Virus record (IMG/VR): IMGVR_UViG_2061766007_000017
Span: 1,312-65,311 of that record
Length of the DNA: 64,000 nucleotides
Reading direction: 5' to 3' (one strand)
Origin: a virus
Lineage: Duplodnaviria; Caudoviricetes
The notes beneath the pieces were generated by a model. It was not told where the DNA came from. It was given only the letters and a program-made list of their open reading frames with translations, and did no database searches. Of this stretch, positions 9,107 through 19,008 are shown piece by piece; within the stretch, counting starts at the first letter, position 1, and each line of letters opens with the position of its first letter. Made by a program: the position numbers and the translations under genes.

Positions 9107-9790
9107 CTAATATGCGTTTGCCTTGTTTTGGAAAATGTTTGCCCGCTGGTCTCCGTAGGTCTCCATGACCATAGCAGTAAGCCGGTCTATGATTCTCTGG
9201 CGGAGCAGGCGACTTATCGGGTAGCCTTCGGTGTTTTCGTCGAAGAATTGCTCCTCAACATAGGAAAGCCGCCTTACCGCGCTCGTAGCATCGCCATAGA
9301 GCGATGCGTCCGTGATGGTGTAGTATTTCAGTACCGGGCCGGTCTGCCGTCCCTGGGAAATGACGAGACGCGGACGGTCTGCCCTTCCTCGGATATGGCG
9401 ATTGAGTTGTTTCCGTCCCTCCGGCGAAGCCTCCGCAATCACATCCGTCACCACGATGGGCGAATCGGAGGCTTGGAAGGCTACAAGCCGGAGCATCTTG
9501 GATTCGGGGGGAAGGGTGACGGAAAGAACCCCGTCCTCCGAGATAGTCACCGTGTCCTGTCCGGTGAAATCATGCTCTTTCCCCTCCAACATCGCAACTG
9601 GCGCGGTCAGATGTACGGCATTGATGGCTTCCGGAAGGTTTCTTCTGATGATGTCGTCCAGTGAGGCGTTGTCGCCGTACTCATCTGCAGAACCGTTCTC
9701 GTCTTCGTACATGACCGAACCGTTCGGGTCGAGTTCGTCCAGATTTTTCCGGACGAGTTCGATTGCGGTAGATGGGGAGAGCGTGACCAT
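9107..9790 (-). CDS. Putative head-tail adaptor/structural protein
   Basis: 227-aa ORF in the morphogenesis operon, coupled to the upstream gene; function inferred from position. Confidence 0.5.
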   Translation of the reverse strand: MVTLSPSTAIELVRKNLDELDPNGSVMYEDENGSADEYGDNASLDDIIRRNLPEAINAVHLTAPVAMLEGKEHDFTGQDTVTISEDGVLSVTLPPESKMLRLVAFQASDSPIVVTDVIAEASPEGRKQLNRHIRGRADRPRLVISQGRQTGPVLKYYTITDASLYGDATSAVRRLSYVEEQFFDENTEGYPISRLLRQRIIDRLTAMVMETYGDQRANIFQNKANAY

Positions 9791-10224
9791 TACAGGTTCA
9801 GGTTAGGGAAGGACACGCCAATCTTATCGGCGAAATTCTTGATGGCCTCGGCGCTGCGCAGATTCGTTGCCTTGGCACCCTTTGACTTCAAGTATGCGAC
9901 GGCTTCTTCCTGTGTCGTCACTTCGGGGACGGAGGTTTTCTGGACGACCGCGCCAGCGGCCTTCTCGGTCGCCGCGGCAGGGGAAATGCCTGCGCCCTCG
10001 TTGTTATAGACGCGAAGGAGTTTGATGAGACGACCGAAATACTGGCTATTTTCGATAATCTCCTGCTCCGTCCTGTCTGCCGTAGAATAGGTTGCAGCCT
10101 GGTTGTTCCGGCCATAACCGATGCGGCCACGCTTGAACTCAATCTCCAAGTATGCCTTGTTCGAGTTCGTTGGGATGCGGACAAGGGCTGTCGTCCTGCC
10201 CAGTACACCGTAAACTTTTACCAT
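9790..10224 (-). CDS. Capsid-adjacent hypothetical protein with small C-terminal helical domain
   Basis: 144-aa ORF directly after the MCP. Confidence 0.6.
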   Translation of the reverse strand: MVKVYGVLGRTTALVRIPTNSNKAYLEIEFKRGRIGYGRNNQAATYSTADRTEQEIIENSQYFGRLIKLLRVYNNEGAGISPAAATEKAAGAVVQKTSVPEVTTQEEAVAYLKSKGAKATNLRSAEAIKNFADKIGVSFPNLNL

Positions 10225-10244
10225 GTTGTAGTCGTGTTGTTTTT

Positions 10245-10279
10245 AGAAAGACGGGGGAGGTTATGCCGCCTCCCCCGTC
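10245..10279 (-). terminator. Intrinsic terminator after the MCP
   Basis: 11-bp stem GACGGGGGAGG/CCTCCCCCGTC, 8-nt loop, short U tract. Confidence 0.7.
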
Positions 10280-10294
10280 AGGAATAGTCGTGGA

Positions 10295-12031
10295 TTAAGC
10301 AGCGCGGATGACACCCTCGTAGTAAACCCAGCCGTCGAGATCGACGCTCCATTCGACGACATCTCCCTTGTAGAAGCCGTTCTGGTCGTCGTCGGCGGTG
10401 AGGTAATACTTCTTGGTTTTCGCATCGGCGGTAAGGGCACTGCCGGACGGCAGGGCGCTCACGGACTGGAACTCGGCCTGGATGCCGCCAGTGTTCTTCG
10501 CAGAGAGCGCAAGGCTGGACGGGCAGACAAGGATAGAGTTGTAGCCGTTCAGGGCCACGCAGTCGATACGGCACAGGTTGTGCTCCTTCGCCTCGCGAGC
10601 CTCGCCGGTCTTGGACATGTCACGGGTGGTCTTGTACTCGTTCTTCATGTAGTAACGGGTGGCGTTCTTGAGGTCGAGCACGACCATGTATTCATCATAA
10701 CCGAGGTCGTCAAGGGTGCGATCCCAAACGAACTCCAGCGTACCGAAGTTGTCGGAGTAGTTGCGCACACGGATACCGTAGTCGTTCACTTCGACCTTGC
10801 CGACATCCTTGTACTTGTTCGCGGAGTTCACCAGACGGATGAAACGCTTCATGGCCTTCTTGCCGCAGAACACGGTCGCATCCTCGGACATGGCGTTGTC
10901 CGTGAACATGAGGGTGGTGATAGCGAGCAGGTCGTCGTCCGTGAGGTCGAAGCCGTGGGTGTAGAGCATGTTCACCTGACGGAGCAGGCCGTTCTCTAAG
11001 TACACGCGCTCGCGACCGGTCTCCGGAACCATGATGTCCTTGCTGCCCATCGTGCCGTTCCAGTGGGAGCGGGCGCACTTGCGCTTGAAGTTGTAGGCCG
11101 CGTTGTCGAGAACCTGCTGGGTCTTGTGGGAAATCTTCTTGGTCTGCTCATCGAAGTAGTCCGTGATGACGACGGTCTCAATCTTCTTCTGCAGGAACTG
11201 GTCAAAGCCTTCCGGCAGGTAGGTTTCAGGGGCGACGCGCATCTGGGACTCGGAGCAGGCGGTAGCCATGACATAGAGTTCGGTGTTCGCAGCAAAGGTG
11301 ACGGCAGTGGCAGGATCGGATGTGGAATCCACAGGCGGGTTCACGACATAGAACTTGACCTTATCGCTCCCGTCCTTATGGTCGAGCACATACAGGATCA
11401 TCTCGCCATCGGAAATCTCGTTACCGGAATCGTCCTTCTTGAAGCCTTCAACGCCACGCACGGCCACGGTGGAGTATTCCATAAGGGCCTCGGCATTGTC
11501 GAAGTCAGAGACATCAAGGGTAAGGATACTGGTGCTCGCGGTGAATTTGCCGGAGGTGTTGGCACCTGCGGTGATGGTGAAGGACGAGCCGGTGTACACG
11601 GCCACGAGGTCGGTGGAGCCGCTGCGGTAATGCTTGTGGACGTAACTCTTGACCTTCTGCGGACGGCAACGACGCGCGACATAGGTCTCCAGCGGGAAGG
11701 CGAACTTCTTGAAGTTGTCCACACGGGCATCATAGTCTTCCGCTTCCAGGCCGGCATCAGTTACATCAGTTCCGGTAGCGGCATGGCCCTGGAGTTGGGT
11801 CTTTCCACCCTGCTCGTCGGTCTGGATGGTCTCATCCGCGGGACGGCCACCGGGGTTGGTGCTCGCATTGTAGGTTTCCAGATTATCCGAAGGATTGGCG
11901 TCGGGGGCCAGATCCACCGGATCGACTGCCATAGCAAAGCCGAGGTCTGCTCCCAGCAGAGCGGCGGCAATCACAAGCAGCGCTGACAGGACGCTCATCT
12001 TGTGGGTTTTCAGGAAATTGAAAGTTTTCAT
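10295..12031 (-). CDS. Major capsid protein (HK97-fold, 578 aa) with N-terminal hydrophobic leader
   Basis: Likely start ATG 12031 (MKTFNFLKTHKM); follows the scaffold gene and is followed by a terminator; C-terminal half resembles SU10/DUF5309-type capsids (GLLRQV, VFCG, FGTLEFVWD, VVLDL). Confidence 0.75.
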   Translation of the reverse strand: MKTFNFLKTHKMSVLSALLVIAAALLGADLGFAMAVDPVDLAPDANPSDNLETYNASTNPGGRPADETIQTDEQGGKTQLQGHAATGTDVTDAGLEAEDYDARVDNFKKFAFPLETYVARRCRPQKVKSYVHKHYRSGSTDLVAVYTGSSFTITAGANTSGKFTASTSILTLDVSDFDNAEALMEYSTVAVRGVEGFKKDDSGNEISDGEMILYVLDHKDGSDKVKFYVVNPPVDSTSDPATAVTFAANTELYVMATACSESQMRVAPETYLPEGFDQFLQKKIETVVITDYFDEQTKKISHKTQQVLDNAAYNFKRKCARSHWNGTMGSKDIMVPETGRERVYLENGLLRQVNMLYTHGFDLTDDDLLAITTLMFTDNAMSEDATVFCGKKAMKRFIRLVNSANKYKDVGKVEVNDYGIRVRNYSDNFGTLEFVWDRTLDDLGYDEYMVVLDLKNATRYYMKNEYKTTRDMSKTGEAREAKEHNLCRIDCVALNGYNSILVCPSSLALSAKNTGGIQAEFQSVSALPSGSALTADAKTKKYYLTADDDQNGFYKGDVVEWSVDLDGWVYYEGVIRAA

Positions 12032-12059
12032 AACTATAAAGAATGAATGTGTTTCGTTA

Positions 12060-12833
12060 TTATCCTCTGGACAGGCCGTCCCAGATGTCGTCCTCACGGG
12101 CAGGACGGGGTTGGCGTTCGCGCGTGGCAGCGCCCTGTCCTCCGACAGGTGCCGGGGGCATCCCGTTGGCCGCACTCCGGTCGCGTCGTGCTGCTGCGAT
12201 ACGGGCGTTTCGGCCAGCGACCTCTCCTTCCGCACGGGCCGCGGCGACATCGTTGTCGTGGTGGATGGCGTTGTAGGCAAGGTCGAAGTCCTCTGCGGCA
12301 TACTTGTTCTCCATGCCGTTGAATGTGATGGAAAGGAGACGGAGCATGACATCGCGCTTGTCCTCCAGGGACAGGCTCTTTCCGTTGCCCCATTCTTCCA
12401 GAGCGGAGAGGGATGCCTGCCAGTTACCTTCCGCTTCTGACTGAAGCCGGTCGTTCTCTGCCTTGCGTTCTCTCCAGCCTTCGAGTTGGGACTTGAACCG
12501 CGAGCGGCCTTCCTCGCTCATGCCGAGTTCGTCGCCAAAGGTCTCCACAAGCGCGGTTCGAGGGTCTCCTGTCTCAATCCAGCGGCTGATGAACTCCGCA
12601 GCGGACGGGTCGCTCATCAGAAGGTCGCGGAGACGATTGTTGTTCTCGTCGTATGCGGCCTGCCGGGTGGTGAAGTCCTCCAGCATCTCGTTGATTGCGT
12701 CGTCGAGATTGGCGACATTATCACCGGCCTCTGCACCGATGTCGGCGAAGGTGCGGTCGGGGAAACGCTCACGAGCGCGGGAAAGCAGGTTCTCGCGCGA
12801 GGACGGTTTTTTGTTCTTTTCGGATTTTGCCAT
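12060..12833 (-). CDS. Putative capsid scaffolding protein
   Basis: Charged helical/coiled-coil 257-aa protein directly upstream of the MCP. Confidence 0.6.
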   Translation of the reverse strand: MAKSEKNKKPSSRENLLSRARERFPDRTFADIGAEAGDNVANLDDAINEMLEDFTTRQAAYDENNNRLRDLLMSDPSAAEFISRWIETGDPRTALVETFGDELGMSEEGRSRFKSQLEGWRERKAENDRLQSEAEGNWQASLSALEEWGNGKSLSLEDKRDVMLRLLSITFNGMENKYAAEDFDLAYNAIHHDNDVAAARAEGEVAGRNARIAAARRDRSAANGMPPAPVGGQGAATRERQPRPAREDDIWDGLSRG

Positions 12834-12865
12834 AAGGTAAACGGGTTACTGTACCATAATCTGCC

Positions 12866-12910
12866 CAAAATTACCGCGTCAGTATGTGGTTTTCGGTCTA
12901 TCTTTCCCAA
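12866..12910 (-). promoter_or_regulatory. Putative late promoter 1 (TTGGGAAAGATAGACC-N21-TAATTTTG) for scaffold/MCP/tail
   Basis: One of five identical 16-mers, each 21 nt upstream of a -7-like box. Confidence 0.75.
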
Positions 12911-12983
12911 CTCTACAATGCAGAATCATGTTTTTTGATTATATTTGTCAGTAGGGACTACGCCTTCTGATGCGTTTCTGCCG

Positions 12984-13394
12984 ATGCGAGACACGGAACT
13001 TAAACGGAAGAAGGCGGATGCCCTATACTCCGTCTATAAGAAAGGCTTGCAGGAGGGACGCTTCGCCTCGCTTTATGACGCGGGGAGATGCGTTTCCCGT
13101 TCACCTGCACCTTGCTTTTTCATATCCGCAAAGAGGGCTTCACTTCTTGTCGGCAGGATAACCGCCAGAATCTCGCTCATCAACCTGAATGATTCACAAC
13201 GGAAGATGGCGTGGCGGCTCTGGTTCAACTACCAGCACTACTTGGAGACACACCCAGGCAACACCCTGTCCCGTGAACGGGTGATGGAGATACTGGTGGA
13301 CGAGCCGGCCCCTGAGTTCTACATATCGACTGACGGAGCAAGACGGCTGCTTAAAGAGCGCATCGAGAGGACAAGGAGGGAGAAGGGATGGTGA
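12984..13394 (+). CDS. Hypothetical protein, first gene of the terminase operon (TerS or regulator candidate)
   Basis: Likely start ATG 12984; TATATTTG box at 12940-12947; internally duplicated PAP.F[FY]IS motif. Confidence 0.6.
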   Translation: MRDTELKRKKADALYSVYKKGLQEGRFASLYDAGRCVSRSPAPCFFISAKRASLLVGRITARISLINLNDSQRKMAWRLWFNYQHYLETHPGNTLSRERVMEILVDEPAPEFYISTDGARRLLKERIERTRREKGW

Positions 13395-13876
13395 GAGTCG
13401 TGCTCATAATCGTGCTGGTCGCATTGCAGGTCGTGTTCGGAATCCCTGGATTCATGCAGGGAGGGCCGTACTGGGAGCGTGCACTGCTTTACTCCTTTTT
13501 TCACGCGAACTGGTGGCATCTTGCCGTGAACGGGATTGCCGCTATCAGCATCTTTGCACCTTCGCGCAGAGGTAACATGCCGCATCTATTGTCTGGGTAC
13601 ATAATAGCCGTCCTTGTCTATCCACTTTCGTTCCGTCCGGTCATAGGATTCTCAAATGTCCTTTACGCAGTCCTCGGACTACGAACTCCGTCACTCAAAA
13701 GCGGATGGTGGAAAAGGCCGGAAGTGATAACCTTCCTTGTTGTCACCATCGCGCTCATCTTCGCGCCGCGTTTCAGCGCCACGACCCATATAGCGGCTTT
13801 TATCCTTGGAATGGCCGGCGCATCCGTCAAACGATTCCACAAAGACCTGACAAGTGATTTCAGACGCTATCTATAA
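13388..13876 (+). CDS. Rhomboid-family intramembrane serine protease (minimal)
   Basis: FFHANWWHLAVN (HxxxxHxxxN), GFSN (catalytic Ser motif), TTHIAAFILG (catalytic His); several TM helices. Confidence 0.8.
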   Translation: MVRVVLIIVLVALQVVFGIPGFMQGGPYWERALLYSFFHANWWHLAVNGIAAISIFAPSRRGNMPHLLSGYIIAVLVYPLSFRPVIGFSNVLYAVLGLRTPSLKSGWWKRPEVITFLVVTIALIFAPRFSATTHIAAFILGMAGASVKRFHKDLTSDFRRYL

Positions 13877-15965
13877 CGAGTTCATCGCGGAGAACGAAAA
13901 GCGATGGAAGCGGTTGCGGGCGGAGTACGACCCCGTAACCGGGGAAGGCATCGCCGAACTCACAGGGCTTAAGCGGGTAAGGTTTGAACTACCGGACTAT
14001 GCAATTCCTGTCCAGTGGGTTCCGGAATCCATGATGAAGAACAAACTCATCAGGGAGGTAAAGCGGGCCGGCAGCATCGAAAAGTACATCGAGACGAAGA
14101 AATGGAAGTACGGTGCACCGGACGCGCAGGAAATTGAAAGGAGGATTCGGAGAATCCGTCACAAGCACGACTTTGTGCACTGGGCATACTTCTGCATCTG
14201 GATCAAGCACAAGACCGCGAAGAAACGGGTCCGCTTTGTCCTAAACCTTCCCCAGTTGGAGGTACTGGCGATATGCGAACGGATGAGGGCGGTTGGAGTA
14301 CCCATATCCATCATCATACTGAAAGCGCGTCAGTGGGGCGGTTCAACTTTCTGCTTCTTCTATCAATGCTGGCTACTGTTCAAGTGGAACGAATTCCACG
14401 CTTTTGCCATAGCCGCGCATGTATCGTCGGCATCCGAGACTATCCTGGCCATGCTCAAAAGGAGCATCGAGGACTATCCGGCATGGGATTTGGGACTTCC
14501 GGACGGTACGGAACTGCGTCTTGTGGCGACCGACAGCGCCGGACACGAATACGCCATAAGAGACCAAAACAACAAGCAGGTTCTGGAAGGTCATATCTTC
14601 ATCGGTTCAGCGGAGAAGCCGAACACCCTGCGTTCCAAGGATATTGCCGGCGCGCACTATTCAGAGGTCGGACTATGGCCGAACACTCCGCAGAAACAGG
14701 CGGACGACATTATCGCGGACATCGAGGGCGGCATGACGGACGACGAGGATTCCATGCGCGTCATGGAATCTACGGCCAAGTCCTCGGACGACTATTTCGC
14801 AGACACATGGCGATCGTGCGACGGTGGGAGGGGTGGCTATGAACAGGTATTCGTACCGTCCAGGGACATCATCTTCGACAACAGGAAGATTGACAACCTG
14901 CGCGAGTTCGTGGACTGGCTGGTGTCGCACAGGGACGAGGACATCCCGAACGGTAAATGGAAGGATACCGGCAAATACTATTGGTGGCTCTGGGAACTCG
15001 GTTCGACGCTGGAGCATATCAACTGGTATCGTTACCGTCGTTTGCGTCTATCATTTGCCAAGATGTGCAACGAGGCTCCCGAAACACCGGAACAGGCTTT
15101 CTTCACCGCTGGTAACCATGTGTTCGACCCGTTCCTGGTTCACGAAAAGTTAATGAAATGCCGTGAACCAGTATTCGTGGGCGACCTTGTTGCAAACGGA
15201 GAGAAAGGCGCGGAGGCTCTGGAGGACATCCGCTTCATACCAAACTCGACAGGAAACCTTCGTATCTGGGAGAAACCAGACGACTCGCCAGTGTCGAACC
15301 GCTATATCGTCATTCTTGACCCGCGCCGCGGCGCAAGCGAAGGGGCAGACCCGGCCTGCATTACGGTCATAGACCGTCTTCTGATGATGGAGGAATTTGG
15401 ATTGAACGGAAAGCCGGGCGTAGTCGCGGAGATGAACTACAAGGCAGACCCGGATCTGCAAGCCTACGATGCGATGCGTGTCGCGAAGTGGTACAATGAC
15501 GCGCTGCTCGTCATTGAATCAAACACGATGGAGTCCATGAACAAGGAGCGCAACAACGGCATCGATTCGTTCGAGTACATCATGGACATCGTATCTGGCC
15601 TGTACCGCAATCTCTACATGCGCCGCACCAAGGAGGAAAATGTAAAGGAGGGGACGAACGGGAAATGGGGATTCCACACGAACCCCAGTACGAAACCGAA
15701 GATTATCAACTTCATGAAGGTATGCCTCCGAGACGACCTGTGGGACGAGCCTTCACAACTCTGCTGCTCGCAGATGGCATCATACATGGAAGACCACGGA
15801 AAGACCGATGCCGAACACGGAAAGCATGATGATGTCGTCATGTCCAGGGCAATCGGACTTTGGGTCTGCTACAAGGAGATGGAGCCGCCGGCATGGATAG
15901 TGCCCGCACAACCGCAGCAAGATTCAATCATTCACGGGGACAACCTCGGACTGACAAGATTATAA
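13854..15965 (+). CDS. terL: Terminase large subunit
   Basis: ILKARQWGGST (Walker A), AHYSEVGLW (Walker B), MESTA, RNase H-like IVILDP...ESN...HDDVVM. Confidence 0.92.
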   Translation: MISDAIYNEFIAENEKRWKRLRAEYDPVTGEGIAELTGLKRVRFELPDYAIPVQWVPESMMKNKLIREVKRAGSIEKYIETKKWKYGAPDAQEIERRIRRIRHKHDFVHWAYFCIWIKHKTAKKRVRFVLNLPQLEVLAICERMRAVGVPISIIILKARQWGGSTFCFFYQCWLLFKWNEFHAFAIAAHVSSASETILAMLKRSIEDYPAWDLGLPDGTELRLVATDSAGHEYAIRDQNNKQVLEGHIFIGSAEKPNTLRSKDIAGAHYSEVGLWPNTPQKQADDIIADIEGGMTDDEDSMRVMESTAKSSDDYFADTWRSCDGGRGGYEQVFVPSRDIIFDNRKIDNLREFVDWLVSHRDEDIPNGKWKDTGKYYWWLWELGSTLEHINWYRYRRLRLSFAKMCNEAPETPEQAFFTAGNHVFDPFLVHEKLMKCREPVFVGDLVANGEKGAEALEDIRFIPNSTGNLRIWEKPDDSPVSNRYIVILDPRRGASEGADPACITVIDRLLMMEEFGLNGKPGVVAEMNYKADPDLQAYDAMRVAKWYNDALLVIESNTMESMNKERNNGIDSFEYIMDIVSGLYRNLYMRRTKEENVKEGTNGKWGFHTNPSTKPKIINFMKVCLRDDLWDEPSQLCCSQMASYMEDHGKTDAEHGKHDDVVMSRAIGLWVCYKEMEPPAWIVPAQPQQDSIIHGDNLGLTRL

Positions 15966-15980
15966 CCAAATCAAACACAC

Positions 15981-16376
15981 ATGAAGATTTTCAAGAAATC
16001 CTTCCGGAAACTCGCCGTCGTATTCGTCTCGCTGTGGGCGCGTCTCGCCTACTCGAAGGGCGTGATAGCCGCCGAGGAACGACGGAAGCGCGAAATGCAG
16101 AAACCACATTGGGAAACAGGCAACTGCAAGGTGTACCTCGCCTGCAACTCATTCCGTCCAGACCGCCTCGTCACCTACACCAGGCGGCAGTTCAAGTACG
16201 AAAAGAAAGTCTATGGCAGGGCAGCGCAACTTCTTACAATCAACACGCTTTCCAACGGATGTTATTACTACACCGCAGACCGCTATGGAGGCAACGCGAT
16301 GAGTGAGCGGGAGAAGGATATACGAAGAAAGGCGTTCATCAAAGAACGCCTTCGCCTCGCAGGTCTGCTCCGATAG
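15981..16376 (+). CDS. Hypothetical basic protein
   Basis: 131-aa ORF after terL, convergent with the portal gene. Confidence 0.6.
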   Translation: MKIFKKSFRKLAVVFVSLWARLAYSKGVIAAEERRKREMQKPHWETGNCKVYLACNSFRPDRLVTYTRRQFKYEKKVYGRAAQLLTINTLSNGCYYYTADRYGGNAMSEREKDIRRKAFIKERLRLAGLLR

Positions 16377-16383
16377 GAATCGG

Positions 16384-18384
16384 TTACATCGGTGCGGCAG
16401 GAACCGCCGGGGCACCATACTGAGGAACCGCTTCCGGCGCGGACCCCGTTGGCATCCCGGCCTGTTCCGCTGCTTCCATTTCGGCCTGTCGTGCCTGCCG
16501 TTTCTGGAGGATCTTGTCCACATACGGCTTGCTGCTGGCCTCCAGGTATTCCTCGAATGTGATGAAACCGGCTTGGAGGAAAGTAAGGAGGTCTTGTTCC
16601 TGCATCTCGCGGAAAACGGGAGTGTCCGCACTTTCCTTGATGCGCAGGTCGTATTCGAGGTCTGCTATCTCGTTCAGGTTGATAGCGGACATGTCGTAGA
16701 GAGTGTCGATGCGTCCGGCAATCTTCTCGAACCTGTCCGTATCGTAGAAACTGACGATGTTCTTCATCTTCTTGTTGAGCACGGCCAGTACAAAGTTGTG
16801 GAACTGCTCCATAAGGGCAGCGATAGGCGTGGACGCATTCGCGCTCATCTGGGCATACAGCGTTCCCGATGTGCCAGAGTTCGGCGTTTTGCCCTGCAGG
16901 GCACCGTTCACAGGAGAACCAGCGTCCATGAGGTGCTGGTATGTCGCCAGCAAGCCTCCGACATCGAAAGTCTGAGCAACTCCGTGGAACTGCTTCGGCA
17001 GAAGTTCTTCCTCGCCTGGCCCTATGTCCACATAAACAAGGTCGTCAATGCTTGCCCATGCGCGCGCAAATTCCTTCTCGGTGATTTTCCCTCCGAGTAG
17101 CCTTCGCGGTACGACCGTAACGCCCTTCGCCTGCGAACGGACGAGCCAGTCGTGAAGGACGACCGCCCTGTTCATGGCGATATTGTGGTCGATTGCATCG
17201 TTCATGTAGCCGACAATCCTGCCGTCGATGTATGAGAAGATGCAGAAGTTGAACGGATGCGTGCGGTCTGCGTAAGGGGATTCGCCTTCCCAAAGTATAG
17301 TTCCGTCAGGTGCCAGGAAACGGCAGTACCAGTAAGTGTCGATGAAGAATCCGTTACGCTCCACATCGTCTTTGCCATATCCGTCTCCGATGATGTAAGG
17401 GGCCTCGTCCTCGTCCCAACCGGATGCGACCGCAAGTTTCTTGCGGCGCTCGTTCTCGGACTTTACCTGCTTGCGGTATTCATAATCATCAGCGTCGATG
17501 ATTTCCTCATAGCCGACATTGGTATCGTGCAGACGGATTTTCGCCCGTGTCTCTTTCGTCCAGACCTCGCATACATAGCACTTGGTAGGGTCGTTGGAAC
17601 GCATGAACGATATGCCGCCGTCCTCAAACTTGTCCTCCGGCCCTTCAGGGCTTTCAAGACGGAACGGGCTGGACTGGTCTCCGTAAATTTCCTTCAAGAT
17701 TCCGTAATCGGATGGCTTGCGGACAAACTGGCCGCAGATTTCCTCAAACGCGCCGTAATAGAACCTGCCAACGATTGACAGGTCCCAGAAACGGGGATCT
17801 ACACCACCGCCATCGAAGAAAACAAGGTTTGGGTTGATGTATTGCGTCCAGGAATCGAGCCTTCTATTCGGGCCATGTGTAGCATCGTAGGATTCATAGG
17901 AGACCGCCAGACCGCCCAGGTTCAGGTCCTTAATCCACTTGATGTAGAGTTCGGGCATCACATTCTTGTCGCAGTTGGCCTGTATTGCGTTTGTCACGAC
18001 CTCGCCATACTGCTGCTCGTCGCGGTCGATAGCATGGCATACCGGCTCGTTCCTTTCCTTCACCATCACGCCAGCGATCGTGTCCACGCGGTTCTTTATC
18101 TGGTTGGTCTGAATGACGACATTACCGGTCTGCATGAGATACTGGCGGTAGGTCATGGTCTTGCCGTTCACGGTAATCGGGTCTGCCCACTGGTCTCCGT
18201 CATAGAACCTGTGTCCACGGGCACGCTGCTGGCGGAATGAATCGAGATTCATCCAGACGGCCTCACAGCGTTTTAGCAAGTCCACATCCTTGTCCTTGAC
18301 GCGGATTTCCTTCTTACGCACCCTTACGGAATCCATATCCGCGGGTGTAGATTTCCTTTTTATGAGACGGTCTGCCTTGAACAT
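16384..18384 (-). CDS. Portal protein (P22-like size)
   Basis: ~666 aa; N-terminal R..R..FYDGDQW...N.I...V motif typical of podovirus portals; likely start ATG 18384 (alternative GTG 18399). Confidence 0.85.
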   Translation of the reverse strand: MFKADRLIKRKSTPADMDSVRVRKKEIRVKDKDVDLLKRCEAVWMNLDSFRQQRARGHRFYDGDQWADPITVNGKTMTYRQYLMQTGNVVIQTNQIKNRVDTIAGVMVKERNEPVCHAIDRDEQQYGEVVTNAIQANCDKNVMPELYIKWIKDLNLGGLAVSYESYDATHGPNRRLDSWTQYINPNLVFFDGGGVDPRFWDLSIVGRFYYGAFEEICGQFVRKPSDYGILKEIYGDQSSPFRLESPEGPEDKFEDGGISFMRSNDPTKCYVCEVWTKETRAKIRLHDTNVGYEEIIDADDYEYRKQVKSENERRKKLAVASGWDEDEAPYIIGDGYGKDDVERNGFFIDTYWYCRFLAPDGTILWEGESPYADRTHPFNFCIFSYIDGRIVGYMNDAIDHNIAMNRAVVLHDWLVRSQAKGVTVVPRRLLGGKITEKEFARAWASIDDLVYVDIGPGEEELLPKQFHGVAQTFDVGGLLATYQHLMDAGSPVNGALQGKTPNSGTSGTLYAQMSANASTPIAALMEQFHNFVLAVLNKKMKNIVSFYDTDRFEKIAGRIDTLYDMSAINLNEIADLEYDLRIKESADTPVFREMQEQDLLTFLQAGFITFEEYLEASSKPYVDKILQKRQARQAEMEAAEQAGMPTGSAPEAVPQYGAPAVPAAPM

Positions 18385-18408
18385 ACGGAAAAAGTGCACT
18401 TTATGTTG

Positions 18409-18453
18409 CGAATGTCATAAAATGCACTCCGTTTCTTGGTCTATCTTTCCCAA
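18409..18453 (-). promoter_or_regulatory. Putative late promoter 2 (16-mer-N21-GACATTCG) for the portal
   Basis: Identical 16-mer at 18438-18453. Confidence 0.7.
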
Positions 18454-18467
18454 TCGGCTTCTTTTGC

Positions 18468-18971
18468 CTAAACTGGTAACACTTTTCCCAGCATGGCGAG
18501 CAGCGGCTTCCGGAAGATCCATGCGAGGCATGCGACGAGACCGCCGAGAAGCCACCAGAAAGCCCGTAGGCGGACCTTTTGCCACCAAGACAAGGGTTTC
18601 TCCACCTTGACTTCATGCGTGATGATATGAGCCCTTTCCGTAGTGTTCGTAACGGTGGTGGTCAAGATTCGCTCCGGCCACTTGAAATCATACGCAATCG
18701 GTGTTCGCTTGTTCTCCAAAGTGTGATGAAGAAATCCGTCATTCCCGACGAAGGCGACAGATTCGGCGACCGATGTGGACAACCGTGATGTGTCTCCCAC
18801 TTGGACGATAACCTGGTCGGATTCCAAAGGGATAGGGACATAGAGGGTCGTATCCCGCCAAACGAGACTATCCCTCACCTCAGTTTGCGTGATGGTGATG
18901 ATGCGTTCAGTAATCTTTGGGGAGCAAGACGCCAGGCTCGCAGCCAGCAGAAATATGATTATCTTCTTCAT
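18468..18971 (-). CDS. Unimolecular spanin-like lipoprotein
   Basis: N-terminal lipobox LASC, beta-rich middle, C-terminal TM (FWWLLGGLVACLAWIF); last gene of the lysis cassette. Confidence 0.65.
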   Translation of the reverse strand: MKKIIIFLLAASLASCSPKITERIITITQTEVRDSLVWRDTTLYVPIPLESDQVIVQVGDTSRLSTSVAESVAFVGNDGFLHHTLENKRTPIAYDFKWPERILTTTVTNTTERAHIITHEVKVEKPLSWWQKVRLRAFWWLLGGLVACLAWIFRKPLLAMLGKVLPV

Positions 18972-18976
18972 AGGAT

Positions 18977-19008
18977 AAAAGACGGGGGCATTTCACAACG
19001 CCCCCGCC
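18977..19008 (-). terminator. Intrinsic terminator-like hairpin
   Basis: GGCGGGGGC...GCCCCCGTC followed by TTTT on the minus strand. Confidence 0.55.

Noticed and set aside
12032-12352. Extra 107 N-terminal residues of the 685-aa MCP ORF
   Set aside because: Overlaps the scaffold gene in another frame; the AT-rich leader and ATG at 12031 give the plausible start.
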